Assembly (NCBI GenBank): GCA_963662465.1 | Contig: OY759599.1 | Coordinates: forward strand, 1,696,001-1,760,000 | Origin: Desulfatiglandales bacterium | Lineage (GTDB): Bacteria; Desulfobacterota; DSM-4660; Desulfatiglandales; Desulfatiglandaceae | Length of the DNA stretch: 64,000 bases | Direction of reading: 5' to 3' | Shown: one piece after another, positions 21,499 to 33,252 of the stretch | How the letters are laid out: each line of letters opens with the position of its first letter | Position numbering within the stretch: position 1 is the stretch's first letter | Made by a program: the position numbers and the translations under genes | Notes under the pieces: generated by a model | What the model saw: the letters and a program-made list of their open reading frames with translations, nothing else | Told to the model about the DNA's origin: nothing | The model's database searches: none

Positions 21499-21948
21499 AT
21501 GACTCGTCAACGTCAATTCAAGAAATTAGCACATTCTTTGTATGAGTGTAAGTACCATGTGGTGTTTTGCCCGAAATATCGCTACAAAATATTGCAGGAA
21601 GAAGTGGCAAAATATGTGATGCAACAGATATATCGGTTATGTAATCAAAAAGATGACGTAGAAGTGGTGGAAGGTAATGTGCAAATTGACCATGTTCACC
21701 TGGTCGTATCAATCCCTCCGAAATACGCCATATCGCAGTTCATGGGGTTCCTGAAGGGGAAACTGGCTCTACAACTATTTGACCGTTTTCCTCAACTGCG
21801 AAAAAAATACTGGGGACAACATGTGTGGTCGAGAGGCTATTGTGTGAGTACGGTAGGCTTAGATGAAGAGCGGATCAAAAAGTATGTAAAATGGCAGCAT
21901 AGTAAAGATAAAGATGCCGATGTGACGCAAGGTAAATTGTTCAAATAG
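21499..21948 (+). CDS. tnpA: IS200/IS605-family Y1 transposase; element ~21342-22010
   Basis: YHVVFCPKYR, DHVHL HUH, WSRGYCVSTVG, KKYV; subterminal hairpins CCACTACCTCTGGTAGTGG (~21395) and CCACCACCTTTGGTGGTGG (~21987). Confidence 0.93.
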   Translation: MTRQRQFKKLAHSLYECKYHVVFCPKYRYKILQEEVAKYVMQQIYRLCNQKDDVEVVEGNVQIDHVHLVVSIPPKYAISQFMGFLKGKLALQLFDRFPQLRKKYWGQHVWSRGYCVSTVGLDEERIKKYVKWQHSKDKDADVTQGKLFK

Positions 21949-22010
21949 AATAGGTACCATGCACCTTCCAGGTGCATTAATTCAAGCCACCACCTTTGGT
22001 GGTGGTCATT

Positions 22011-22651
22011 GACTGCTCAGTCATCCGACTATGCCATTGGGAACGGTCAAACTGTTCCATGACGCCGTGTACTACAGCATCAAATGGCATCTTCTTGTAT
22101 TTGCATCCCGTCTTATTTTGTCCGGCAATTTTGGTATCATCAACGAACTGTACAAGGCGCGTCAAAACCAAACCTCTCCGCTGGATATCCGTTATTGGAG
22201 TACTACTCCCTATCTATGCGGGGCAGATCACGTTGTGAAATACTCCATGGTCCCCACGTCGAACCTGAAAAGCGCTCTGCCTCCAATACTTACCGATCAT
22301 TATCTTACTGAGAATATGGAAAAACACCTGGCAGCGAATGAGGCAACCTTTGATTTCATGATTCAGGTTCAAAAAGACTCTGCCCGGATGCCGGTTGAGG
22401 ATGCCGGAGTGGAATGGAGCGAAAAGGAATCTCCCCCTATAAAAGTTGCCACACTTCGCATTCCTCCTCAAGCTTTCCGTACCAAAGAACGTGAGGAACT
22501 GGCTGAAGATTTATCTTTTTCCCCGGCGCATTCCCTGATTGAACATCGGCCAATCGGCGGTATCAACCGGGCAAGGGTTGAAATTTACCGGTTTTTATCC
22601 GAATTTCGCCATAAGCAGAACAACAAGCAACTGACAGAACCCGGCAGGTAG
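22011..22651 (+). pseudogene. Catalase-like heme protein, 5'-truncated
   Basis: SPLDIRYWSTTPY..FDFMIQ..MPVEDA..W..VATLRIPPQ..LSFSP.H..HRPIGGINRAR. Confidence 0.75.
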
Positions 22652-22794
22652 CCGGACAGAAGGGCCGGGCGCCATTTGGGCGGGGGCCGCCTGTACTACA
22701 AAAAAATCATATATGACCCCTAGGTAAACATGACCTTTTTTATATGGTATTCACCCTGAAAAAACAAGCAACGATAAAGCTGATTGGTACATTA

Positions 22795-22980
22795 AGCATC
22801 AGCGAGGCCGAAGGTTATGCATTGGAACGCGTAAACCGGGCTCAAGGAGAGGCCACCCGTTTTGAGGCCATTTTAGGACAATACGAACAGGCGCCGCAAG
22901 TTACGCGCCGGCGGCTGTATCTGGAGGCCATGACCGGTTTCCTGTCAGACATGAAAGGACTCTATATCGTGGATAAGGGG
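22795..22980 (+). pseudogene. hflK: HflK C-terminal fragment
   Basis: AEGYALERVNRAQGEATRF..Y.QAPQVTRRRLYLEAM. Confidence 0.7.
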
Positions 22981-23028
22981 GATTGGCCCTCACAACCGGA
23001 AATCTGTGAGGAAGTGTGTGTTGACCAT

Positions 23029-23086
23029 CTCGAACAAACCATTTGAGCGGACTTGCTGAAGCTCACCGCTCAATTCAAGGTTAAAC
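23029..23086 (+). other. Solitary integron attC-like site
   Basis: ..CGAAC-AAACC-ATTTGAGCGGAC...CCGCTCAATT-CAAG-GTTAAAC: R''/L''/L'/R' arrangement ending in GTTRRRY. Confidence 0.65.
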
Positions 23087-23136
23087 TGTGATACCAACGT
23101 ATTTGGAGAATTGAATCTCATGTGGATATTCTCAAC

Positions 23137-24741
23137 TCAAGACTTTAGACCGGCATCTTGGAGTTTGCAGTAGTCCGTGTAGGCACAAACGTGATTGGCA
23201 AAACCAACGCCTGCCTCTTCATATAGACTGTATGCGGCATCGATTCCCTCCTTTTTCAGGATGTTTATTTCATCTTCGTAGCTTACCGACGCAACGATCT
23301 GGCCCTGGTAACCTTTCTGGTTCATTTGTCGAATCGCAAATATGGCTGCATTGAGATCCGGCAGGGCCAGCATAACTAATTGGATGCGGCTTTTTGCAGG
23401 ATCGACCCGCTCCCAAAAATCGCTATCTTCGGCATCAGCGTAAATTACATTTCTTCCGAGTTTTCGATGTTCTTCCACCGTATCACTGGAGAAATCCAGA
23501 CCGATTAATACATCGCCGTATCTACGTCTCATTTCTTCATATGCGCTTGTTCCCACATCCCCCATACCGAATATGGCAATCTCAGCATCCCCGGTTTCTA
23601 CCGGTTCATCTTCATGAAGACGCTTCTTAGTTTCAAAACGTTTCAGGAAGTCCGAAAAATATGCGTAGATATTGTGAGCGGCGGAATTCAACGGCGCTGC
23701 CAAAATGAATGTTAGCGAGAGTGCAATTGCAATGGTAACCAACCAGTCGCTGCTCATCCAGCCGCTTGCCACAACGATAGACCCGACAATTAAACCGAAC
23801 TCGCTGTAATTAGCCAGACTAAATGAAGCAAGCAATGATGTCCGTGCCCGAAGCTTGAAACGCGTGAGGATGACGAAGAACAGCGCCGTCTTTACAAGCA
23901 TAGCCAGCGCCAACAGAAAGGCAATCATGATGCTTGCCAGTGTCGGTGTAGCTGAAATGCCAATATTTAGGAAGAAGCCGACAAGAAACAGGTCTTTAAA
24001 CCCAAGCAGTCTATTGGATAGTTCCGTAGCCTTTGGATGAGTGGCCAAGAGCATGCCAAACACGAGCGCTCCCAAGTCGCCTTTTAGCTCGACCATTTCG
24101 AAACTGCTGTATCCGGCAAAGGTCATCAGTATGCCGAACAGCATCAACAGCTCTCCGTGACCACATCGACCCATAAACATAGTCAAAAGAGGTCTGATGG
24201 CAATGAGACATATTGCGAGCGCTGCTGCCCACGGTGAGGGGAGCTTTCCTGCAGAAGCCGCCAGAAAGACAACCGCGATAATGTCCTGCATGATCAGTAT
24301 ACCGATCGCAGTAGCGGTATGACGGGATGCCATCTCTTTCTTTTCCTCAAGCACTTTTACCGCAAAAACCGTACTCGAAAAACTTAAGGCGAACGCGATC
24401 AGTATTGCGGTTTGCCGGCTTAGAAGATTAAAGTAGGGCATCCCTGATACACCAAGAATCCAGATCCCGGCCCCGAAGACGGCAACGGTGATGAGCATGT
24501 GGATCGTTGCACCGGCCCATACTTCGGGCCTGGCAAGACTCTTCAACTTCAGCTTTAGGCCGATGGAAAAGAGGAGCAGCGTTACACCTGCATCGGCAAT
24601 TTTTCCAAGTGTTTCGCCGCCCTCGACGCCAAAACTGTTAAGGACAAACCCGGCAATCAGGTATCCCACAAGGGGCGGCAGACCGATCCTGCTGGAGGCG
24701 GTTCCGGAGACAAATGCGGCAACGATCCACAATGGGTTCAT
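23137..24741 (-). CDS. CPA2 cation:proton antiporter with TrkA-N domain (Kef/RosB-like)
   Basis: LPPLVGYLIAG, LLFSIGL, SFSSTV, GILIMQDI, SEFGLI, IFGMGDVG. Confidence 0.92.
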   Translation of the reverse strand: MNPLWIVAAFVSGTASSRIGLPPLVGYLIAGFVLNSFGVEGGETLGKIADAGVTLLLFSIGLKLKLKSLARPEVWAGATIHMLITVAVFGAGIWILGVSGMPYFNLLSRQTAILIAFALSFSSTVFAVKVLEEKKEMASRHTATAIGILIMQDIIAVVFLAASAGKLPSPWAAALAICLIAIRPLLTMFMGRCGHGELLMLFGILMTFAGYSSFEMVELKGDLGALVFGMLLATHPKATELSNRLLGFKDLFLVGFFLNIGISATPTLASIMIAFLLALAMLVKTALFFVILTRFKLRARTSLLASFSLANYSEFGLIVGSIVVASGWMSSDWLVTIAIALSLTFILAAPLNSAAHNIYAYFSDFLKRFETKKRLHEDEPVETGDAEIAIFGMGDVGTSAYEEMRRRYGDVLIGLDFSSDTVEEHRKLGRNVIYADAEDSDFWERVDPAKSRIQLVMLALPDLNAAIFAIRQMNQKGYQGQIVASVSYEDEINILKKEGIDAAYSLYEEAGVGFANHVCAYTDYCKLQDAGLKS

Positions 24742-24920
24742 AATAGGATGACCTCCATAAACGTTTTCTTCTGCATACCAATACAAAAGCTGAGGCTCAG
24801 CAACAGCGGATCGACTTTAACATTTATAACGGGATTTTTCTACCAGAAATCCGAAAGATTTTCGGTAGATACGACATTCAATAGAAATGATAAACCTTTA
24901 ATACGGTCAACAAGATTCTC

Positions 24921-25040
24921 CTCTTTCGTTTTTAGAGACGACTGAGTGCCTGGGCTCCTCCCGTACCATTAAAGTCGATGTGAGGGTGGTCGCAACAACC
25001 AATCGAAACCTTGGGGAAAAAGATCACATCGATAAAAACT
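24921..25040 (+). pseudogene. Stitched remnant of the sigma54 activator gene
   Basis: Consecutive pieces match activator positions ~4090, ~4894-4964, ~5111-5130 and the post-stop spacer ~5482. Confidence 0.75.
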
Positions 25041-25189
25041 CCCTCAGCATATTGCGGTTCCACCAAATATTGAGGGCAAATCAGCCATTCCATGCAGTGC
25101 CGCTACTCGCTCCTGTTGTCCTAAAGAACTGTTATTAATTCAGTAATCCAAAATATTGCCGATTCGCGGTTGTTGGCAGGATAATTGCA
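25041..25189 (+). promoter_or_regulatory. Palindrome + IHF-like box + sigma54 promoter (upstream of DUF3096-csbD-lmo0937-BON cluster)
   Basis: Palindrome 25041-25076; TTGGCAGGATAATTGCA with GG at 25175 (99 bp). Confidence 0.85.
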
Positions 25190-25300
25190 ATTCCCAGTTC
25201 CATTGACGGCTGAGAAAAGAAGCTGACACATGTTGTTTTCAGTTCAGGCGGAGGGATTTTAGCCGGCGACATCAGTGTTCGCGAAAGGAGGCTTAGTAAC

Positions 25301-25438
25301 ATGCAAATCGATATCTCCCCACAACCGGTGATTGCGCTAATCGCGGGTATCGCGATTCTCGTTGCCCCGAAACTATTGAATTTTATTGTTGCCATTTATC
25401 TCATTGTATTTGGCATTTTAGGGCTGGTCCGAATGTAA
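25301..25438 (+). CDS. DUF3096-like small membrane protein (45 aa)
   Basis: MQIDISPQPVIALIAGIAILVAPKLLNFIVAIYLIVFGILGL; GGAGG RBS; not in ORF track. Confidence 0.8.
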   Translation: MQIDISPQPVIALIAGIAILVAPKLLNFIVAIYLIVFGILGLVRM

Positions 25439-25467
25439 TCAACCCGAAATCCAACAGGAGGAATATC

Positions 25468-25647
25468 ATGAAATCAAGCACAAAGGACAAAGCGGAAGGA
25501 AAGTTGCACCAGGCGAAGGGTAAGATCAAAGAGATCGCCGGGAAAGTCATCCTGAATCCTGACTTGGAAGCCGAAGGCAAAAAGGAAAACAAAACCGGCA
25601 AAGTTCAAGAAAAAATCGGTGAGATCAAGAAGGTCGGTGGTAAGTAA
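25468..25647 (+). CDS. csbD: CsbD-family general stress protein (59 aa)
   Basis: MKSSTKDKAEGKLHQAKGKIKEIAGK..DLEAEGK..GKVQEKIG; AGGAGG RBS. Confidence 0.88.
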   Translation: MKSSTKDKAEGKLHQAKGKIKEIAGKVILNPDLEAEGKKENKTGKVQEKIGEIKKVGGK

Positions 25648-25697
25648 ACAAAGGCTTCCATAAAAAGACTTTTGGAAGCGTTAGAGAGGCGGCTGAA

Positions 25698-25847
25698 ATG
25701 CTTTGGACCATATTTGTAATTCTTTTGATTCTGTGGGTGCTGGGTTTGTTGACAGGCTACACGATGGGTGGCGTCATCCATGTTCTGCTGGTCATTGCCA
25801 TCATCGTGGTGCTGATCCAGGTGATTCAAGGACGAAGACGAGGGTAA
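25698..25847 (+). CDS. lmo0937-family small membrane protein (49 aa)
   Basis: MLWTIFVILLILWVLGLLTGYTMGGVIHVLLVIAIIVVLIQVIQGRR. Confidence 0.85.
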   Translation: MLWTIFVILLILWVLGLLTGYTMGGVIHVLLVIAIIVVLIQVIQGRRRG

Positions 25848-25937
25848 CCAAGGTCAAATCCCTGTGAGGTATTCAGTATCCAGTGTGAATCGTCAAGAAG
25901 GCAAAAACAAAACGTTACAAAAAAAGGAGAACGTACC

Positions 25938-26738
25938 ATGAAAGCAATACATTCTGCAGTTCTGATGGCAGCCGCATTCGCTCTACTGGTGATAAGCGTG
26001 CCCGTGCATGGGTCCAACACGGATGACGGCATCGAATCATCGGCCAGGAAGACTTATGTTTTCAAGACCTACCTCAAGTACGACGACATTAAGATCCAGT
26101 CCAAAGACGGCGCCGTCATCTTGACGGGGACTGTCGCCGAAGAACCTAATATAATGTTGGCCCAGGTGACCGTGGTGGGCTTGCCAGGGGTCAAGAGTGT
26201 GGACAATCAGCTGAAACTGAAGGATGAAACAGGCGCTGGAAGCCCGGACGCGCTGGTCAGAGCAAGAGTGAAGCTCGATCTGTTGTCCCATCGCAACCTG
26301 CGTGGCAGTAAGACGGACGTTCAAGTGAAAGATGGGATCGTCACCTTGAGCGGCGAGGCCGCGAACCAGGCCCAAATCGATCTGACGACCGAATACATCA
26401 GGAACGTCGAGGGCGTCAAGGATGTTAAGAACGACATGACCGTGTCGGAGGCTGGAAAAACGATGGGCGAAAAGGCCGGGGACGTGGGTAACAAGATCGG
26501 CAACACGGCAGGTGATGTGGGGGAATGGATCGATGACGCGTCCATTACCGCTTTGGTCAAAGGGACGTTGCTGTATCATCGTTCGACCAGTGGCCTCAAC
26601 ACCAAAGTCGAGACGACCGAAGGCGTGGTCAAGTTGAGTGGCTCGGCCAGGAACGCATCCGAGAAGGAATTGGCTACCAAATTCGTGGAAGACGTTTATG
26701 GTGTGAAGAGTGTCAATAACCAGATGACCATCAAGTAA
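25938..26738 (+). CDS. Triple BON-domain (OsmY-like) periplasmic protein
   Basis: Signal peptide; three BON units (GVKSVDNQL, DGIVTLSG, IDDASITALVK..GVKSVNNQM). Confidence 0.92.
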   Translation: MKAIHSAVLMAAAFALLVISVPVHGSNTDDGIESSARKTYVFKTYLKYDDIKIQSKDGAVILTGTVAEEPNIMLAQVTVVGLPGVKSVDNQLKLKDETGAGSPDALVRARVKLDLLSHRNLRGSKTDVQVKDGIVTLSGEAANQAQIDLTTEYIRNVEGVKDVKNDMTVSEAGKTMGEKAGDVGNKIGNTAGDVGEWIDDASITALVKGTLLYHRSTSGLNTKVETTEGVVKLSGSARNASEKELATKFVEDVYGVKSVNNQMTIK

Positions 26739-26767
26739 TACGAGTCGTTTATATCATGGAGGTCGTT

Positions 26768-27058
26768 ATGAAAAACAAAAGAAAAGCGTACGAAGAAAAG
26801 TTAGATGCACAGGTGAATGAATGGAACGCGCAGATCACTTTGCTCAAGGCGAAGGCTGAGAATGCCAAGGCCGATGCGAAGATTGATTACTACAAAAGCA
26901 TTGAGGCATTGGAGCACAAACAAGGTGAAGCCAAGGCGAAGCTGCAAGAATTAAAAACCGCCGGCGATGAGGCATGGGAAGACGTCAAAGCAGGTTTGGA
27001 AAAAGCCTGGGCTGAAGTCAAGACCGCCTATCAGGATGCGACCTCGAAGTTCAAATAA
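26768..27058 (+). CDS. Small coiled-coil stress-type protein (96 aa)
   Basis: RKAYEEKLDAQ..EW..AWEDVKAG.EKAW; GGAGG RBS; paralogue at 37175. Confidence 0.85.
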   Translation: MKNKRKAYEEKLDAQVNEWNAQITLLKAKAENAKADAKIDYYKSIEALEHKQGEAKAKLQELKTAGDEAWEDVKAGLEKAWAEVKTAYQDATSKFK

Positions 27059-27407
27059 AGCAGGGGTTCTGTATGTATGGGCTTTTCGGTAGGCTGTTTT
27101 CTGTTTCAAGCGAAGGGACCTGAGTTGGCCACATCGGTGTTCACAAAAGGCGCCTACCTAGAGAAAAGGCTAAGCCTATAAAGCAAACGGGTTTATTTTA
27201 GGAGTGGGGTCATGCTGCGGTTACGCTTTTTTGGAGGTGAGGTGGGGGCATTGCCATCGCACAGAAACTCGATACAGCTAAGCAGCCTGATATGCCTCTT
27301 AGCGCGATTGAAAGCGGGTGTATCGATTTTGTTCTTTCACCGGAGGATATCGCTCGAGAAATTGTCCGAATTTCGCACGCTCAAAGAATGGAAATGGAAT
27401 CTGGCCC

Positions 27408-28736
27408 ATGAATAAACTCAAGCAAATTTGGAGCCATCTGCGGTCAAGCTTTTGGTTTGTGCCTTCGCTGATTGTTGCCGTCAGCATCGCCCTCGCCGTG
27501 GCTTTGATTGGAGCGGATTTCACAGAGAGCGAACAATGGCTGGCCCGCTGGCCGCGCCTGTTTGGCGTCGGCGCGGATGGCGCACGCGGGACTTTGTCCA
27601 CGATTGCCGGATCGATGATGACCGTGGTGGGGGTCACGTTTTCGATGGTTTTGATGACACTGGCGCTGGCCTCAAGCCAATACACCTCGCGCATCCTTCG
27701 GAACTTCATGCGTGACCGTGTCACGCAGGTTGTGCTCGGAATCTTCGCTGGTATTTTCACCTATTGCCTGATCGTGTTGCGGACCGTCCGCGGCGGCATT
27801 GATGGCGTATTTGTTCCGAGCATGGCAGTGTCTTTCAGCGTCGTGCTGGCGATGGGCGGCATCGGCGTCCTCATCTTTTTCATCCATCACATCGCTGCTT
27901 CGATCCAGGCCTCGAACATTATTGCCTCGGTAGCCGACGAAACCATGGCGGTTGTTGACCGGCTTTTTCCAGAGAAGCTTGGAAACGGACCGGTTGACAG
28001 CGATGAGGACCCGGCAGTACTCGCTCTGCCGGCGCAACACTGGCAGGCCGTCCCGGCCAGGAGGAATGGTTACATCCAAGGCATGGATAATGCGGCGCTC
28101 CTGCGTTTGGCTCGGGAGTACAACACCATTGTGCGGATGGAACGGAGCATCGGCGATTTTGTGGTCTATGACGCCACGCTGGCCTCGCTCGCTTTGGAGC
28201 TCCCGCCGGGACAAGAGCTCATCACCGCTCTGCGGGAGTCCTACCGCATAGACCGGTATCGCACGGTGGAACAAGATCTCGCTTTCGGCGTCAGACAGAT
28301 CGTGGACATAGCGTTACGGGCGCTATCTCCCGGCATCAACGACACCACGACGGCCGTGATGTGTGTGGATTATCTGACGGCGATTCTGGCACGGCTGGCC
28401 TCCCGGTCAATCCCTTCATTGCACCGCTATGAGAACCGGGAATTGAGGGTGATCGCCATCGGACCCACCTTTGCGAGCCTTGTGGCCGAAGCGTTCGATC
28501 AAATTCGCGGCAGTGCCGACGGCAATATCGCCATCATGTTACGGATGCTTGGCGCGATCCAAACCATCGCCGGTCTGACGGCCGGCCCGAGCCGACGGCG
28601 GGCGCTCCATGAACAAGTGCAATGGATCGCCGAATTGGCCGAACGCACCATCGAGTCCCCGCACGACCGGGCACGACTTGAGAGCCGGCTGGCGCGTGTG
28701 CGCGAAGCACTCGAAACAGAGCCGTTAGGCAGATAG
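27408..28736 (+). CDS. DUF2254-family membrane protein
   Basis: SFWFVP, LSTIAGSM, LASSQYTSRILRNF, DIALRALSPGINDTTTA. Confidence 0.88.
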   Translation: MNKLKQIWSHLRSSFWFVPSLIVAVSIALAVALIGADFTESEQWLARWPRLFGVGADGARGTLSTIAGSMMTVVGVTFSMVLMTLALASSQYTSRILRNFMRDRVTQVVLGIFAGIFTYCLIVLRTVRGGIDGVFVPSMAVSFSVVLAMGGIGVLIFFIHHIAASIQASNIIASVADETMAVVDRLFPEKLGNGPVDSDEDPAVLALPAQHWQAVPARRNGYIQGMDNAALLRLAREYNTIVRMERSIGDFVVYDATLASLALELPPGQELITALRESYRIDRYRTVEQDLAFGVRQIVDIALRALSPGINDTTTAVMCVDYLTAILARLASRSIPSLHRYENRELRVIAIGPTFASLVAEAFDQIRGSADGNIAIMLRMLGAIQTIAGLTAGPSRRRALHEQVQWIAELAERTIESPHDRARLESRLARVREALETEPLGR

Positions 28737-30009
<1,273 letters not shown>

Positions 30010-30013
<4 letters not shown>

Positions 30014-30903
30014 GCGACACGACTGCGAGTCTGCGTCGAAAGATCGACATCGCCGGAAATCTCCAATCCGTTGTCCGCACCATGAAGGCCCTGGCCGCTT
30101 CGAGTATCGGCCAATACGAGCAATCGGTACGCGCGTTGGGTGACTTCTATCGCACCGTGGAACTGGGGTTGGGCGTCTGTTTCCGGGGCGCCGGTTCAGC
30201 GGGATCGATGACCGGAAAAACAAGACGATCAAATGCGGGTGTGGTCGGCGCGGTCATTTTCGGTTCAGACCAGGGGCTGGTGGGCCAATTTAACGATGTG
30301 GTGGCTGATTATGCGGTCAAGACGCTGGCGGCTCTGACGGCCAAACCCGAGATCTGGGCCGTCGGTGAGCGCGTCCATGCGCGCCTGGCAGACGCTGGTC
30401 TGCCGCTGTTGGGACGCTTCACCGTGCCGAACTCCGTCAAGGCCATCACCCCGCTCGTCGGGCAGATTCTCATGGAGAGCGAGACGCGCCGCGGCCAGGG
30501 TGAAGTCGCTGAACTTTACCTCTTCTACAACCGCCCCACGTCCGGGCCGGTTTATGCGCCCGTCAGTCAGCGACTGCTGCCGCTGGACGAAAGCTGGCGG
30601 CGCAGGCTGGCGGAACTTCCCTGGCCGACGGGAAACTTACCCGAGGTCATGGGTGGCGGCACCGCGCCCTTGCGGGCGCTCATCCGCGAATATCTTTTCG
30701 TCTCGCTCTTTAGGGCATGCGCCGAATCTCTCGCGAGCGAGAACGCGAGCCGCCTGGCGGCGATGCAACGCGCCGACAAAAACATCGATGAATTGCTGGA
30801 AGACCTCAACCGAACATTCCATCGTTTGCGCCAGAGCGGCATCGACGAGGAACTGTTTGACGTCATCTCCGGTTTCGAAGCGTTGAGCGCAGAGGAGAAA
30901 TAG
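30010..30903 (+). CDS. atpG: ATP synthase gamma subunit (N-ATPase type)
   Basis: SVVRTMKALAA, GSDQGLVGQFN, SENASRLAAMQRA..LRQSGIDEEL. Confidence 0.92.
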
Positions 30904-30912
30904 GGAGAGTCT

Positions 30913-32394
30913 ATGAAAATTGTGCTGATCTATCCTGAGTATCCGGCTACCTTTTGGAGTTTCAAGTACGCCCTTAGGTTCATTCGCAAAAAGGCGGCCT
31001 TGCCCCCTCTGGGCCTTCTGACGATAGGGGCAATGCTGCCCGAAGAATGGCCCAAGAAGTTGATTGATCTGAATGTGACAGAGCTCACTGACAGGGACCT
31101 GGCGTGGGCTGATTATGCTTTTATCAGCGGCATGGTTGTGCAAAGAGAGTCGGCACGTGAAATTATCGCCCGGTGTAAGGCGGCAAATCTCAAGGTCATC
31201 GCCGGCGGGCCGCTGTTCACCAGTGAATATGATCAATTCCAGGATGTAACCCATTTTGTCCTGAATGAAGCCGAAAAGACCTTGCCCCCCTTTCTGACGG
31301 ATCTGGAGAAGGGCTTCGCACGGCACATCTATAAGACCCCCGAGTTTTGTGACATCCGCAGCACACCTGCTCCTCTGTGGGATTTAATCGATTTAAAAAA
31401 ATACGCCTCCATGAGCATCCAATTTTCGCGTGGCTGTCCATTTAATTGTGAGTTCTGTAACGTCACCACCTTATTCGGGCATCGGCCACGCATGAAAACA
31501 GCAGAACAGATCATTGCCGAGTTGGATGGACTTTACGATAACAAGTGGAGTGGACCCGTCTTTTTTGTGGATGACAATTTTATCGGTAACAAAGGCTATC
31601 TCAAGGACCATCTTTTGCCGGCTCTCATCCAATGGCAGAAAGGCAGGAAGGAGATTCCTTTTAGCACGGAGGCCTCGGTTAATCTGGCCGATGATCCGGC
31701 ATTAATGAACATGATGGTCCAGGCGGGTTTTGATACGGTCTTCATCGGCATCGAAACGCCCGATGAAGGAAGTCTGACTGAATGCAACAAACAACAGAAC
31801 AAGAACCGGGATCTGCTTGAGAGTGTAAAACGAATACAGCTGTCCGGACTGCAAGTGACGGGTGGCTTCATTGTCGGCTTTGACAACGACACGCCTTCCA
31901 TCTTTCAGCGGCAGATTGAGTTTATCCAGAAGAGCGGCATCGTGACGGCCATGGTGGGCTTACTGAACGCCCCTGCCGGCACAAGGCTTTACGAACGAAT
32001 GGAAGAGGAGGGACGACTGATCGACACTATCTCCGGCGATAACGTAGATGGTACAACCAATATCCTCCCCAGGATGGGGATCGATGCCTTGCGTGAAGGA
32101 TACGTAAGCTTGATGCGGCACATTTACTCGCCCGAGCACTATTATGCACGCGCGATGACCTTCCTTCGGGAATACAAGAGACCAGAGGTCAGAACCCCCC
32201 TGGATTTTCAACGGTTGCTGGCAGTCTTACGTTCAAGCATCAGACTGGGTATTTTCGGGAAGGAGCGATTCCAGTATTGGAAGATCCTGTCCTGGACCCT
32301 TTTCCGTCGTCCTCAATTTTTGGCGTTGGCTGTCACTCTTGCAATTTATGGCCATCATTTCCGCAAGATCTGCGAACAGAAAATGACTCAGTGA
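30913..32394 (+). CDS. B12-binding radical SAM protein (DUF4070-type C-terminus)
   Basis: PPLGLLT, GGP, SRGCPFNCEFC (CxxxCxxC), FFVDDNF, GFIVGFD. Confidence 0.92.
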   Translation: MKIVLIYPEYPATFWSFKYALRFIRKKAALPPLGLLTIGAMLPEEWPKKLIDLNVTELTDRDLAWADYAFISGMVVQRESAREIIARCKAANLKVIAGGPLFTSEYDQFQDVTHFVLNEAEKTLPPFLTDLEKGFARHIYKTPEFCDIRSTPAPLWDLIDLKKYASMSIQFSRGCPFNCEFCNVTTLFGHRPRMKTAEQIIAELDGLYDNKWSGPVFFVDDNFIGNKGYLKDHLLPALIQWQKGRKEIPFSTEASVNLADDPALMNMMVQAGFDTVFIGIETPDEGSLTECNKQQNKNRDLLESVKRIQLSGLQVTGGFIVGFDNDTPSIFQRQIEFIQKSGIVTAMVGLLNAPAGTRLYERMEEEGRLIDTISGDNVDGTTNILPRMGIDALREGYVSLMRHIYSPEHYYARAMTFLREYKRPEVRTPLDFQRLLAVLRSSIRLGIFGKERFQYWKILSWTLFRRPQFLALAVTLAIYGHHFRKICEQKMTQ

Positions 32395-32690
32395 GTCGGG
32401 AAATTCCGAAAGAGGGCATGGCCTCAAGGACTAAGACCGATACATCCTGCTGGGCCATGCGCAACGCAGCGCTGAGGCCGCCGGCGCCGCTGCCGACCAC
32501 TATGGCGTCAAAATCCGCCATCACGTCCTTCACTCCCCCTTGTTTTGACGAAGCTCTTTGATCTGCCCTCGTAGTTGATTTTCGTCTTTGCATCCGCCTT
32601 CGAGGTTTCTCGGTCTAATCCCTCAATATCCTTATCCCATTCGTCAAGTTGCGCTTTGAGCTTTTCCAAATAGGCCTCTCTGGTAGTCAT
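32395..32690 (-). pseudogene. Truncated coiled-coil gene joined to the 5' fragment of an FAD-dependent oxidoreductase
   Basis: MTTREAYLEKLKAQ.. (copy of 41538) breaks off; then MADFDAIVVGSGAGGLSAA..LVLE Rossmann motif, truncated at the radical SAM stop. Confidence 0.75.
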
Positions 32691-32740
32691 GATCAATTCT
32701 CCCGCTATTTGTTCTTGTATTAGACCTTTAAATAGTTACC

Positions 32741-32999
32741 GCAAATGTCCTGCCAACAAGTGGAAGAAAGTGGAAGGCTGGATTCACCCATTAATAACGA
32801 AGGATTAGATTAACAGGCTGGAGCAGCGGGAAAATTTGAAATGATCGCTTTCCCTCAATATATGGAGATTCCACCAAATATTGAGGGATATACAATGCTT
32901 TCAACCTTCTTTATGGTTCTCTCCTGTTTATATAACCAACCGTTATTAAAAAATGATGAAAACCTCTTGTTTTTCCCCGGTTGTTGGCAGGCCCTTTGC
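32741..32999. promoter_or_regulatory. Bidirectional module: one palindrome with divergent sigma54 promoters
   Basis: Palindrome 32852-32887; minus-strand TTGGCAGGACATTTGC (32741-32756, 98 bp); plus-strand TTGGCAGGCCCTTTGC (GG 32986, 99 bp). Confidence 0.85.
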
Positions 33000-33252
33000 G
33001 TAAACAGTTTGCATGATCCTGGTCACCATACAAACGAGGAATACCATAAAATCGAACAAGAAGGACCCATCAATCATGGAGGTTCGTTATGAAAGACGAA
33101 AGATCTGAACGATATGGCAAAACTATGTGAAACCCGCCTGTTGGCATGCCTGCGTGTCACAGCCCAGTCATTGGTTGGCGGGTTCAGTTTCCATTGACTT
33201 TTAAAGACGTTAAGTATAAAAAACAGTCAGAAATACGCCTGAAAAAAGTTTT

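Noticed and set aside
25401..25829. Minus-strand ORFs of 66 and 74 aa (and the copy at 62929-63153)
   Set aside because: Antisense to csbD and lmo0937-like genes, which have SD-like sites and family motifs
32619..32632. CCCTCAATATCC half-site (also ~41468)
   Set aside because: Lies within coding sequence (KDIEGL on the minus strand); probably coincidental
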